Below are positions 10,558-21,758 of a stretch of DNA of 64,000 nt, piece by piece. How positions within the stretch are numbered: the stretch's first letter is position 1; each line of letters opens with the position of its first letter. The DNA comes from Alphaproteobacteria bacterium (GTDB taxonomy: Bacteria > Pseudomonadota > Alphaproteobacteria > G965222575). The notes under the pieces were generated by a model. That model had not been told where the DNA came from, made no database searches, and saw only the letters and a program-made list of their open reading frames with translations. Position numbers and translations under genes: made by a program. The stretch spans positions 256,001-320,000 of the forward strand of contig OZ244958.1 in the NCBI GenBank assembly GCA_965222575.1, in the 5' to 3' direction.

Positions 10558-11238
10558 TTACAACACCCACAAAATCGTTTTCATGGCACAAGCAAGCACA
10601 AGCATGACAAACACATTATCATCGATTTTAAACCTCTCAGCATAATACTCAGCACTTCCACCGCAAAGGACAACAAAAACGCCCATCAGCAGCACCTGCT
10701 CTGTCCCCAAGTCCTCGCCTCGGTACCACTCCCACCAAGTCATCCCAACAACTTGTAAAAGACAAAAGGCACCAAATCCAAAGACACAAAAAGCTAGAAA
10801 GCCCACCAGAGTCTTGGAAAAATCTCCCTCCGCCAATGGGGAACTGCGCCTATACCACCTGCCCACAAGAGCAGCAGCACTATCACCAATAATCATAACA
10901 CAAAGGCTCGTAGACGCAACCCCTTTTGAAAAAAAACCAACACACAAAACAACCCCCAAAAGCACATACACACCCCCTGTAAAAACTCTATAGCCCGTCT
11001 GTACACACTCCTCGGCACGCAAAAGAGAACCAAAAAATCCATGATAAACCCTGTCCACTACCCCACCCCTATGCCGTAACACCTCCACCACAACCAACCC
11101 AACTAACAAAGACCCAAAAAGCCATAAGCTAAACCCCCTAGAACACAAAGCCACCACAGGAACCATCCAAAGCGACGACAGATGAATGCCCTTGCGTAAC
11201 ACCTCAGACCCATAAGAAATAGGAACCCCCTCCCTCAT
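10558..11238 (-). CDS. Polyprenol/diacylglycerol kinase family membrane protein (dolichol/phytol kinase-like)
   Basis: EVLRKGIH, GDSAAALVG, KTLVG, IDDN motifs; start uncertain (ORF extends to 11319). Confidence 0.8.
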   Translation of the reverse strand: MREGVPISYGSEVLRKGIHLSSLWMVPVVALCSRGFSLWLFGSLLVGLVVVEVLRHRGGVVDRVYHGFFGSLLRAEECVQTGYRVFTGGVYVLLGVVLCVGFFSKGVASTSLCVMIIGDSAAALVGRWYRRSSPLAEGDFSKTLVGFLAFCVFGFGAFCLLQVVGMTWWEWYRGEDLGTEQVLLMGVFVVLCGGSAEYYAERFKIDDNVFVMLVLACAMKTILWVL

Positions 11239-11292
11239 CACTACTACCCTCCTCACATACCCTTTAACTTCTGTCCAAACTCCTCCCCCACC

Positions 11293-13059
11293 CTCTTGCC
11301 CGTGATACCCGAAGGACACGCCCTCTCCATAGATTATGCCATATGCCCTTGAACATCAAGAGAACTAGCACCCCTCTTGCCCGTGATGCGGAAGGGTACT
11401 AGCCATCTTCATGGTTATGCCATATGCCCTTGAATATCAAGGGAAAGTTCCACCCCTTTTTCGTACAATACTAACTGCCTCCCTCATCCCCCACCTAGCA
11501 ACTCTTGCCCGTGATGCGGAAAGGTACTAGCCATCTTCATGGTTATGCCATATGCCCTTGAATATCAAGGGAAAGTTAACCCCTTTTTCGTACAATACTA
11601 ACGCCTGAGAGAGGGTTATAGAGAGAAAGAAAACACCGCTTTTCATATACTTGCTAACTTTGACTCATTGAGTAGAAAATTATTGCCTTGTTTCAAAATG
11701 GTGTATAATATTCTAAATCCAGGCAAACCACCCTCCTTTGTAGAATTAATGACTCCAAATGACCGTGTGCTGAAGATTGGTTGGGAAGCGGTACTAGCCA
11801 TGCTGGTATGAGACAAAAAACCTCAGGGGAGAGGTGACGGTATGAATTTGGCCAGAGATAGCCATGATGAGAGTAAACTTGATACATTACAGAACTGTTA
11901 TTTGTTGGGTGATGCCATATGACTTTCTCAAAAATTGAATATCAAGGGAAAGTTCCACCCCTTTTTCGTACAATACTGGAAAAACTGCCTCCCTCATCCC
12001 CCAACTTGCCGGAAGATGATTCATTGAATGCAGAGGTCATTTATTGAAGCGGCATTGGAATGCGTTACGATATGGGGTCGTTCTCTTAACATAGGACGGA
12101 AGATAAAAAACCTACATGAAGACAGGCGAGAACTAATAATTGCAAATTTTCCTGTAAGACAACTTGTAATATGGAATCGCGGAAGCACGTTCCACCCCGT
12201 CTATATTGCCGCCAATATATGAACTTATTTACATTATTGCGGGCAGGAACTGGCGATCCCAATCAAATATCTTGCTGAATTTCGATATTGGGGAGATGTC
12301 TGGCGCATCAATCCCGAAATGAGAAATCTACACCCGGCACCATGCCCATTTGAACTGGCGATCAAGGGAATAGATGGGCCACCCCTTTTGCCGTACAATA
12401 CTGGGCTTGCCTGCCCTCATAGGAGTGCCATTCTATCTGAACGATCTTTCCCCCGAGTACAGGGAAATGTTTTATCGGAAAAGGAATATCTTAAACCAAT
12501 CTTTTATGCAATCTTTGATAGCCTCTCACTTATGCCTTTCCTGTAGAAATATCATTGTGATCTGCTCGCTAAAGTACAATAAACCAGCCTCATGATTTTG
12601 TCAAGGGAATGATGGATGTCTATAATAATCTTGATTGCCGGACTCTGTACATGGGAGGTATTTTGAATACGTAATCGGGGAGACTTTAGCAAAGGGGATT
12701 CGCCATTTATATTACCAAGCTGAGGTTTTGCATGTGCCATTGGCGACTTGACTGGTTTTTATACCATGAAACAAGCCCTGTTTCTGTCTCGTAAAACTAG
12801 GCTCGTGATAGATGGAAACAGGCAGCTTATGAAGCCATGGCATTGAAGAAGGTTTATGTCCAAGCCACCAATTACTTGGTGACTATGGAAGAGTTAAGTG
12901 CAACCGATAATAAGAAAACATCAGCACCGCAGACAATAGACTATTTCTTGGTCGCTACTAAATCTGAATATAGCGAGGCTTTGGAAGACATGCCAAACAA
13001 GGGAAAGTTAACCCCTTTTTCGTACAATACTAACGCCTGAGAGAGGGTTATAGAGAGAA
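11293..13059. repeat. Cluster of degenerate 60-130 bp direct repeats; a perfect 62-bp repeat (11566-11627, 12998-13059) brackets a decayed 1.4-kb segment
   Basis: Units start CTCTTGCCCGTGAT at 11293, 11374, 11502; core TCAAGGGAAAGTT..CCCCTTTTTCGTACAATAC recurs near 11940, 12360 (diverged) and 12998. Confidence 0.9.
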
Positions 13060-13107
13060 CCCCCCCCCCCGCACTTTTAGGGTAGTGTTACTCCTCTAGT
13101 AGCGGTA

Positions 13108-14085
13108 TCAAAGAGCCTTCTCTTGGAGGAATTTTTGTGCTTCCAAAGCAGCTTGACAGCCTAAAGCAGCAGCAGTCACAGCTTGCCTATAGACCTTATC
13201 CGTCACATCGCCAGCAGCGAAAATCCCTTCTACAGGAGTCTTAGGAGAGCCCGGCTCTACCACAAGATAGCCATCCTCATCCATAGGAAGTTTTCCCTTG
13301 AACAAATCAGTTTGAGGAATATGCCCTATCATGACAAAAGCCCCGTCTGTGGAGAGAGAGTGCGTTTTCGAAGTTTTGACCTGTTGACAAGAAACAGCGG
13401 CAAGAGTTTTGTCTCCTAAGAATTCCCTCACCACTGTATCCCAAAGAAAAGAAATATTCTGCTGTTTCCACAATCTATCTTGGAGAATTTTTTCAGCCCG
13501 TAAGGTAGCACGTCTGTGTATTAGGACAACTTCTCTACAGACCTTAGAAAGGTGCAAAGCCCCCTCCACAGCAGAATTTCCACCGCCAATAACACAGACC
13601 TTTTGACCCTTGAAAAAGAATCCATCACAAGTCGCACAAGAGCTTATGCCAGCCCCTTTGAATTTTTCTTCCGACGGCAGTCCGAGCCATCGCGTTTTCG
13701 CTCCCGTAGCAATAATGACAGTGTTGGCATGATATTCCTTGTGATTCTCTGTTTGACACCTAAAAGGGGGTTGCAGTGCTAGTGTGGGTGAGAGGTCAAG
13801 ATGAGTAAGAGCATCATCTTCAAGAATAACCCCAACACGGCGCGCTTGTTTTTCCATAGCAAGCATTAACGCAGGCCCAGAAATAACCTCCTCAAAGCCG
13901 GGATAATTCTCAACCTCCTCCGTAATGGTAAGCTGTCCCCCAGGAGACAATCCCTTCAAAACAACAGGCTCCAAGCCCGCACGCGCCGCATAAATAGCAG
14001 CCGTATACCCCGCCGACCCAGACCCCACAATCAAACAGTCCGTCTCAATAAAACCCCCCCCACTACCTAATACTTGTTTCATCAT
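13108..14085 (-). CDS. trxB: Thioredoxin-disulfide reductase
   Basis: GGQLTIT, VENYPG, CATCDG, GGGNSA, FAAGDV, YRQAVTAA. Confidence 0.97.
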   Translation of the reverse strand: MMKQVLGSGGGFIETDCLIVGSGSAGYTAAIYAARAGLEPVVLKGLSPGGQLTITEEVENYPGFEEVISGPALMLAMEKQARRVGVILEDDALTHLDLSPTLALQPPFRCQTENHKEYHANTVIIATGAKTRWLGLPSEEKFKGAGISSCATCDGFFFKGQKVCVIGGGNSAVEGALHLSKVCREVVLIHRRATLRAEKILQDRLWKQQNISFLWDTVVREFLGDKTLAAVSCQQVKTSKTHSLSTDGAFVMIGHIPQTDLFKGKLPMDEDGYLVVEPGSPKTPVEGIFAAGDVTDKVYRQAVTAAALGCQAALEAQKFLQEKAL

Positions 14086-14183
14086 ACCCTTTCACCATAA
14101 GACAATACCCCCCTATACAAAAAAGTTCTTACTACAAAATGCTAGGTCTTTCAAGCGTGTCCCTCATCAAAATGCGCGAACCC

Positions 14184-14813
14184 TTAACTGTGCGCAACCT
14201 GTACCGAAAGACAATGCGGTTTTAAGCCAATTTTTTTCAAGACCTTTTCCCACCGACAAGAAGGGTCTTTATCAAACAAAATATCAGGGTCAGCCGGACA
14301 ATGTAACCACCCATTTTGTTGTAGCTCAGCCTCTAATTGCCCCCCAGCCCAGCCCGCATAGCCTAGCGCAATGAAAATTTTCGCCTTTTTTTGATTGAGA
14401 ACTCTCGATAAAATCCCCGAAACCCAAGTGTCAGTCTCAAAATCCGCCTCCGGTGGATCCCCGCAATCATCTTGTTCATCGCTCGCACTACACTTAATCT
14501 TTCTCTTAATCAAATTGCTCTGTAGCAAAAACCCCTTTCTGGTATCTACCGGTCCGCCTAAATATACACAGGTCTTACAAGCCTTTTTATCAGGCTCAAT
14601 ACCCATCTGTAAGAGAATATCCCCTAAGTTCACCCCCTCTAAAGGCTTGTTAATGATAAAGCCTACAGCTCCTTCCGTAAGAGAATGAGAGTAAATAAAA
14701 ATGACAGACTGCCGAAAGCGAATATCACGCATGAAAGGGGTCGCCACCAAAAAATGTCCTTCTAAAAATCCTCTAGGCATCAATTCATTCTGTGTGCATT
14801 TGTCTTGTACCAT
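14184..14813 (-). CDS. YqgE/AlgH family protein
   Basis: FLVATP, GAVGFIINKP, GGPV, LGYAGWAGGQLEAEL..NGW. Confidence 0.9.
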   Translation of the reverse strand: MVQDKCTQNELMPRGFLEGHFLVATPFMRDIRFRQSVIFIYSHSLTEGAVGFIINKPLEGVNLGDILLQMGIEPDKKACKTCVYLGGPVDTRKGFLLQSNLIKRKIKCSASDEQDDCGDPPEADFETDTWVSGILSRVLNQKKAKIFIALGYAGWAGGQLEAELQQNGWLHCPADPDILFDKDPSCRWEKVLKKIGLKPHCLSVQVAHS

Positions 14814-14884
14814 ACAAAAAATATCCTTCTAAAAATCCTCTAGGCATCAATTCATTCTGTGTGCATTTGTCTTGTACCATACAA
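14748..14884. repeat. 67-bp tandem duplication of the yqgE start region
   Basis: CAAAAAAT(G/A)TCCTTCTAAAAATCCTCTAGGCATC...GTACCATA at 14748 and 14815. Confidence 0.95.
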
Positions 14885-15001
14885 GAAAAAGATTGATGGT
14901 TTATTATGTCATACTATTACGGATTTTGCTAATAAAATTGGTTTTATAGCACAAGGATGTGGTACCCTAGAGAGAAGTAGTAAGGGGTTCTTGAGTGTAA
15001 A

Positions 15002-15475
15002 ATGCCAAAGATAATGAAAAAAAGAGACACAGTTTTAGTGGTGATAGACAATACTCAAGAGTGTATGGTAGCACTGGAGTTTGGCGCTAGTCACGTGTGG
15101 CGCTATGGCGGAAAACTCGCCCTCCTCACCATTATGCCCGTTCCCTCTATCTATCAGTGGTCTTTTATAGCGAAAGAAATGAAGTTAGAAAAACTTGAAG
15201 AGGCTAGAAAAAAACTATTCCCCATCAGCAAAGATATACAAGCACGTTACGGCATAGGCGTTCAAACCATCATTAAAGTCGGATACAAGAAAAAGGAGGT
15301 GATGAAAATTCTGCATACCAACCCCTCCATTAGTCGCTTGATACTAGGAGCAGCAGTAGGCAAAAATCCCGGTGAACTCATACAGTACCTCACCAAACGC
15401 ACAGCACTTATTCATACCCCCATTATGGTGATACCCGCTAACATCACCCCCGAGGAAGTGGAGCAGTTTGTCTAA
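15002..15475 (+). CDS. Universal stress protein
   Basis: LVVIDNTQECMVAL, LILGAA..KNPGEL, PIMVIP pattern of alphaproteobacterial USPs. Confidence 0.8.
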   Translation: MPKIMKKRDTVLVVIDNTQECMVALEFGASHVWRYGGKLALLTIMPVPSIYQWSFIAKEMKLEKLEEARKKLFPISKDIQARYGIGVQTIIKVGYKKKEVMKILHTNPSISRLILGAAVGKNPGELIQYLTKRTALIHTPIMVIPANITPEEVEQFV

Positions 15476-15563
15476 TAAGCTCTAAAAATCCCCCGTTCAT
15501 GAGTGCCCGCCAACACGCAATGCAACCCCCTAGGGGGCAACCCCTCCCCCTTTAGCCAATCCC

Positions 15564-16289
15564 TTACGGAAGAGGAGGAGGAAAGAGGGCATCATCATCA
15601 CCATCAACCTTAAAATCCAATGCGCCTAGTAATTTCGAGACATCTTTAATATTATGCTTTGTTCTGTAAGCAAAAAACTTCAACGGGTCACTCACTGTTA
15701 ACTTTCCATAAACTTTGATTGTCACTACGGAACCTTGAATTGCCAAATCAAAAGCCGACTGGGTTGTGTGTTCAATACCAGAGATCAGTTCATATCTAAG
15801 CCCTATCACCGGCGTTACATGGGGATTAAAAACGAGTGGATTGTAGCCGTAAGCAATACCGTGAGCCGTACCACCCCTCAAGTGTAGTCTAGCGTTGGCT
15901 AGCGTGCCGCCATCAAACTTAAACTCTAACGCCACCCCTGCCTCTTCCAAATCAAGAAGCCCCTCCCTATACGAAACCTTTATATATACTGATTCTATCC
16001 CCCATAGGCGGAGAATTGGATGTTGATACCCCGGTGTAATTGTGAATTCCCCTACCTGTGCAAAAGACCCGTAAGGAGTGGCATTCTCACATTCTGTGGT
16101 GTCATCCTCCTTTAAGTCACACTCAATATTTTCCCCTTGATTCAGTTGTATCGGGGTCACAGTATAAGCCCCAAAGTTTAGGTGTGTATCTACTGTAATC
16201 TCAGGCTCCACTGCTAAGAGGAGTTGCCCTCCTAAGAGGAAACCTCCTATGGCAAGGCAACTGATAGAGATTTTGAAAGACTTCTTCAT
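15564..16289 (-). CDS. Secreted beta-rich protein, paralog 1 (DUF4402/pilin-like)
   Basis: Signal peptide, ITV..LNFG start of mature domain, Cys pair, TIKVYGKL; paralog of 16412-17149; family assignment tentative. Confidence 0.6.
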   Translation of the reverse strand: MKKSFKISISCLAIGGFLLGGQLLLAVEPEITVDTHLNFGAYTVTPIQLNQGENIECDLKEDDTTECENATPYGSFAQVGEFTITPGYQHPILRLWGIESVYIKVSYREGLLDLEEAGVALEFKFDGGTLANARLHLRGGTAHGIAYGYNPLVFNPHVTPVIGLRYELISGIEHTTQSAFDLAIQGSVVTIKVYGKLTVSDPLKFFAYRTKHNIKDVSKLLGALDFKVDGDDDALFPPPLP

Positions 16290-16333
16290 CTACAAGCTCC
16301 TGTAGTTATTTATAGACGGGTTGGGTTGCCTAT

Positions 16334-16362
16334 ATAATAGGACTCTTCAAGCCCTTTGTCAA
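16334..16362 (-). promoter_or_regulatory. sigma70-type promoter of paralog 1
   Basis: TTGACA-17 nt-TATTAT on minus strand, conserved upstream of both paralogs. Confidence 0.75.
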
Positions 16363-16411
16363 GACCCCCTAGGGGTTTTTTTCCCCCTAAGGGGTTCCCC
16401 TAGCCAATCCC

Positions 16412-17149
16412 TTACGGAGTATGAGGAATGGTTCCTCGAAAGCCTCCGTCTGAGCGAGGTTTTTGGATATCATCACTATCATAGACAAGAAAGTTCAGGG
16501 CGCCTAGTAATTTCGCATCTTTAATATTATGCTTTGTTCTGTAAGCAAAAAACTTCACCGGGTCCTCCACTATTAACTTCCCATAAACTTTGATTGTCCT
16601 TTCTTTTGTAGCCTCTTGCCTGTTGCCTTGTATACGAGAATCGCTAAATATCAACCAGCTCACTGGTGACTCAAGGGGCTTAAACACCTCCAGGGCAGCA
16701 ACATCATCAACCCTCTTCCCAGTGGACCTCTTCAGCGTAACGCGCGAGGGGACGCCCTCTAGGTGAAACCTTAACTCTAACGCCACTCCCGCCTCTTCCA
16801 AATCAAGAGACCCCTTCCTATACGAAACCTTTATAAATGCATGAGAGCTATAATCAGTCCCGCCGCCTCCCAACGGACTGAAGGTTTGCAACTGCGGTCT
16901 AATTTTGAATACCCCTACCTGTGCAAAAGACCCGTAAGGAGTGGCATTCTCACATTCTGTGGTGTCATCAGGCTTTAAGTCACACTCAATATTTTCCCCT
17001 TGATTCAGTTGTATTGGGGTCACAGTATAAGCCCCAAAGTTTAGGTCGTTATTTACTGTAATGGAAAGCGCTGCTAAGAGGAGTTGCCCTCCTAAGAGGA
17101 AACCTCCTATGGCAAGGCAACTGATAGAGATTTTGAAAGTCTTTTTCAT
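16412..17149 (-). CDS. Secreted beta-rich protein, paralog 2 (DUF4402/pilin-like)
   Basis: Signal peptide, ALSITVNNDLNFG; near-identical blocks shared with paralog 1. Confidence 0.6.
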   Translation of the reverse strand: MKKTFKISISCLAIGGFLLGGQLLLAALSITVNNDLNFGAYTVTPIQLNQGENIECDLKPDDTTECENATPYGSFAQVGVFKIRPQLQTFSPLGGGGTDYSSHAFIKVSYRKGSLDLEEAGVALELRFHLEGVPSRVTLKRSTGKRVDDVAALEVFKPLESPVSWLIFSDSRIQGNRQEATKERTIKVYGKLIVEDPVKFFAYRTKHNIKDAKLLGALNFLVYDSDDIQKPRSDGGFRGTIPHTP

Positions 17150-17171
17150 TGTCTATAGGCTCCTTTGTTAC

Positions 17172-17506
17172 TGCCTATAGACGGGTTGCCTATACGGGTT
17201 GCCTATAGACGGGTTGCCTATAGACGGGTTGCCTATAGACGGGTTGCCTATAGACGGGTTGCCTATAGACGGGTTGCCTATAGACGGGTTGCCTATAGAC
17301 GGGTTGCCTATAGACGGGTTGCCTATAGACGGGTTGCCTATAGACGGGTTGCCTATAGACGGGTTGCCTATAGACGGGTTGCCTATAGACGGGTTGCCTA
17401 TAGACGGGTTGCCTATAGACGGGTTGCCTATAGACGGGTTGCCTATAGACGGGTTGCCTATAGACGGGTTGCCTATAGACGGGTTGCCTATAGACGGGTT
17501 GCCTAT
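17172..17506. repeat. 15-bp VNTR (GGGTTGCCTATAGAC)n: 20 perfect copies, one 13-nt variant, partial flanking units
   Basis: Perfect copies span 17196-17495. Confidence 0.98.
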
Positions 17507-17536
17507 ATAATAGGACAATTCCAAGCCCCTTGTCAA
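17507..17536 (-). promoter_or_regulatory. sigma70-type promoter of paralog 2
   Basis: TTGACA-18 nt-TATTAT on minus strand immediately before the VNTR. Confidence 0.7.
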
Positions 17537-17542
17537 GAAAAA

Positions 17543-17650
17543 ACCCCCTAGGGGGGAAAAAAACCCTAGGGGGAAAACCCCTCCGCAAGAGTTTACTTGG
17601 GGGGGGAAGCCCCTAGGGGAAAACCCCCTAGGGGGCTAGCCCCCCCCCTA
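17543..17650. repeat. Cluster of CCC(C)TAGGG(G) micro-palindromes (also near 15527 and 16366)
   Basis: Four copies in about 100 bp; others flank each paralog. Confidence 0.85.
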
Positions 17651-17705
17651 CAGCAATTTTAGGAGGCTTCATCACAGCAGAGAAAAGCACAATGCTTAGA
17701 GGCTT

Positions 17706-20111
<2,406 letters not shown>

Positions 20112-20123
20112 TTATAGTGAAAC

Positions 20124-20206
20124 TGGAGGGAGTTGGATTCGAACCAACGTAGGCGTGAGCCAACGGGTTTACAGCCCGTCCCCTTTAACCACTCGGGCAT
20201 CCCTCC
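20124..20206 (-). tRNA. tRNA-Tyr(GTA)
   Basis: GGAGGGATGCCCGAGTGGTTAAAGGGG-ACGGG CT GTA AA CCCGT...GGTTCGAATCC. Confidence 0.96.
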
Positions 20207-20360
20207 TAACACATACTTTAATCCTAACACCTTAAAAGCGCAAGTCCTCTTACAAGTTTCAACTCTCCAAGTTTCAACTTTCTCATGAAAAAACTTGATT
20301 TTCTCTTAAGACACACTTACCTTACCAGTGAGCAAGCATTCAATTGGAGGATACCGCATT

Positions 20361-20588
20361 ATGTATTTCAATCTCCCTAAAAAATCAGACCTTAAGAAAA
20401 TTAAAAGAGAAGATTTTCTCTCCTTCGGCTGTGACACAGTGGCTTACATTAAACAAATCAAAATTAAAAACAAAGTTTTCTATTGTCTCTTCGGGGCAGA
20501 TGGTCTACCGCTGGTCATAGAAAACACCATCAAAGAAGTCGCAGACTTCGCAGCAGAAAAAGATATATGCGTAGTGACCCTTCACTAA
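20361..20588 (+). CDS. DUF1150 family protein
   Basis: VAYIK...LFGADGLPL...VVTLH; GGAGG RBS at 20346. Confidence 0.75.
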   Translation: MYFNLPKKSDLKKIKREDFLSFGCDTVAYIKQIKIKNKVFYCLFGADGLPLVIENTIKEVADFAAEKDICVVTLH

Positions 20589-20596
20589 AGATACTG

Positions 20597-21757
20597 CTAT
20601 TCAAAGACAGGGAGAGCCGTAATCGCTCCTAGCATTGAAATCACAATAAAGGCAATAAGGCCTCCTATACAGACTATGGCAACAGGCTCTGAGGCTTTGG
20701 CAAGAAGTTTTAGGTTTTCTCTTGTCTCATTACAGAGCTTGCGCCCTGCTTTTTGACACGCACTTGCAAGATGCGAGGCTTCTTCCCCTACTCTAACAAT
20801 TTGAAAAACATCGTAAGGCAGCCCTAGCGGTTCTAGGGCTTGCGCAAATCCACCGCCTCTTTTCAGCTGCTTCGATATGCGCTCACATTGCTTCCGTAAA
20901 AGTGTATTGCTAGGCACCAAAGACGCTTTAGATAAAGCCTCTGACAAAGAGAGACCATTCTCCAGTAACAGACCTAATGTCTCTAAAAACGCCCCCATCT
21001 GAAAATGCACAACAAAGCGCTTGAAAACCGGCAAAGACAAAACAAGGACATGCAGTACCCTTTGAAAACTTCTGTTTCTACGAAAAAAATTAAAGGCCAA
21101 CAGGACTCCTAGTGTGCCGAGTAATAGCACATACTTGTATCGTACCAAAAAATCACTAAATTGAAAGATGACCTGAATATTCCAGCTACTATGAGCCGGT
21201 AAAAAACTCTTAAAAATCGGCACGACATACAAGCCTAGAACAAATAAAGACACAATAGAGACAAAAAAGAGAAAAGCGGGATACAGGAGATTTGCAAACA
21301 GCTCTTTTTTCAGGGTGCGCGTATAGGTGAAGTGTACATCCAAAGATTGAAGGGCTTTTGTCAAAGTGCCAGCCGCTTCAGCGGAATCAATCACTGCAAC
21401 ATACAAAGGCGGAAAAGACCCAACGGACTCAAAAGATTGCGCAAGACTTAACCCACTTGTAAGCCCTCCATACACCTGTTGTGCTAAGCGACTTAAGGAC
21501 TTATCATGGGGTGCCTCCGCTAGCAATCGAAGGGCTGACTCACAAACAATACCGCTCTCTAAAAAAGCCCGCAAGGACTCCGTGAAACGCCCTAAGAGTT
21601 TAGGGGCTACATATCGTCCAGTACACACCTTCAAACTCAGAATGAACAGCTTCTTTTTCTTCAACAGGCGGCGACAGGCAGGCTCACTCTCACAGGCTAA
21701 AACACCACGAACCTTTTGTCCCGCAACATCAATGGCAACATAGGAAAATAACGCCAT
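20597..21757 (-). CDS. gspF: Type II secretion F family protein
   Basis: FSYVAID..G, LESGI, LLYPAFL, VGEE..L, EP.AI. Confidence 0.88.
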   Translation of the reverse strand: MALFSYVAIDVAGQKVRGVLACESEPACRRLLKKKKLFILSLKVCTGRYVAPKLLGRFTESLRAFLESGIVCESALRLLAEAPHDKSLSRLAQQVYGGLTSGLSLAQSFESVGSFPPLYVAVIDSAEAAGTLTKALQSLDVHFTYTRTLKKELFANLLYPAFLFFVSIVSLFVLGLYVVPIFKSFLPAHSSWNIQVIFQFSDFLVRYKYVLLLGTLGVLLAFNFFRRNRSFQRVLHVLVLSLPVFKRFVVHFQMGAFLETLGLLLENGLSLSEALSKASLVPSNTLLRKQCERISKQLKRGGGFAQALEPLGLPYDVFQIVRVGEEASHLASACQKAGRKLCNETRENLKLLAKASEPVAIVCIGGLIAFIVISMLGAITALPVFE

Positions 21758-21758
21758 A

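Noticed and set aside
11293-13059. CRISPR array or diversity-generating retroelement
   Set aside because: Irregular unit length and spacing; differences are indels rather than adenine-specific substitutions; no reverse transcriptase in the window.
17172-17506. CRISPR array
   Set aside because: Contiguous tandem units with no spacers.
17165-17588. Four ORFs of pentapeptide repeats (RRVAY, IGNPS, RQPVY, GLPID)
   Set aside because: By-products of a 15-bp repeat lacking stops in four frames; no coding context.
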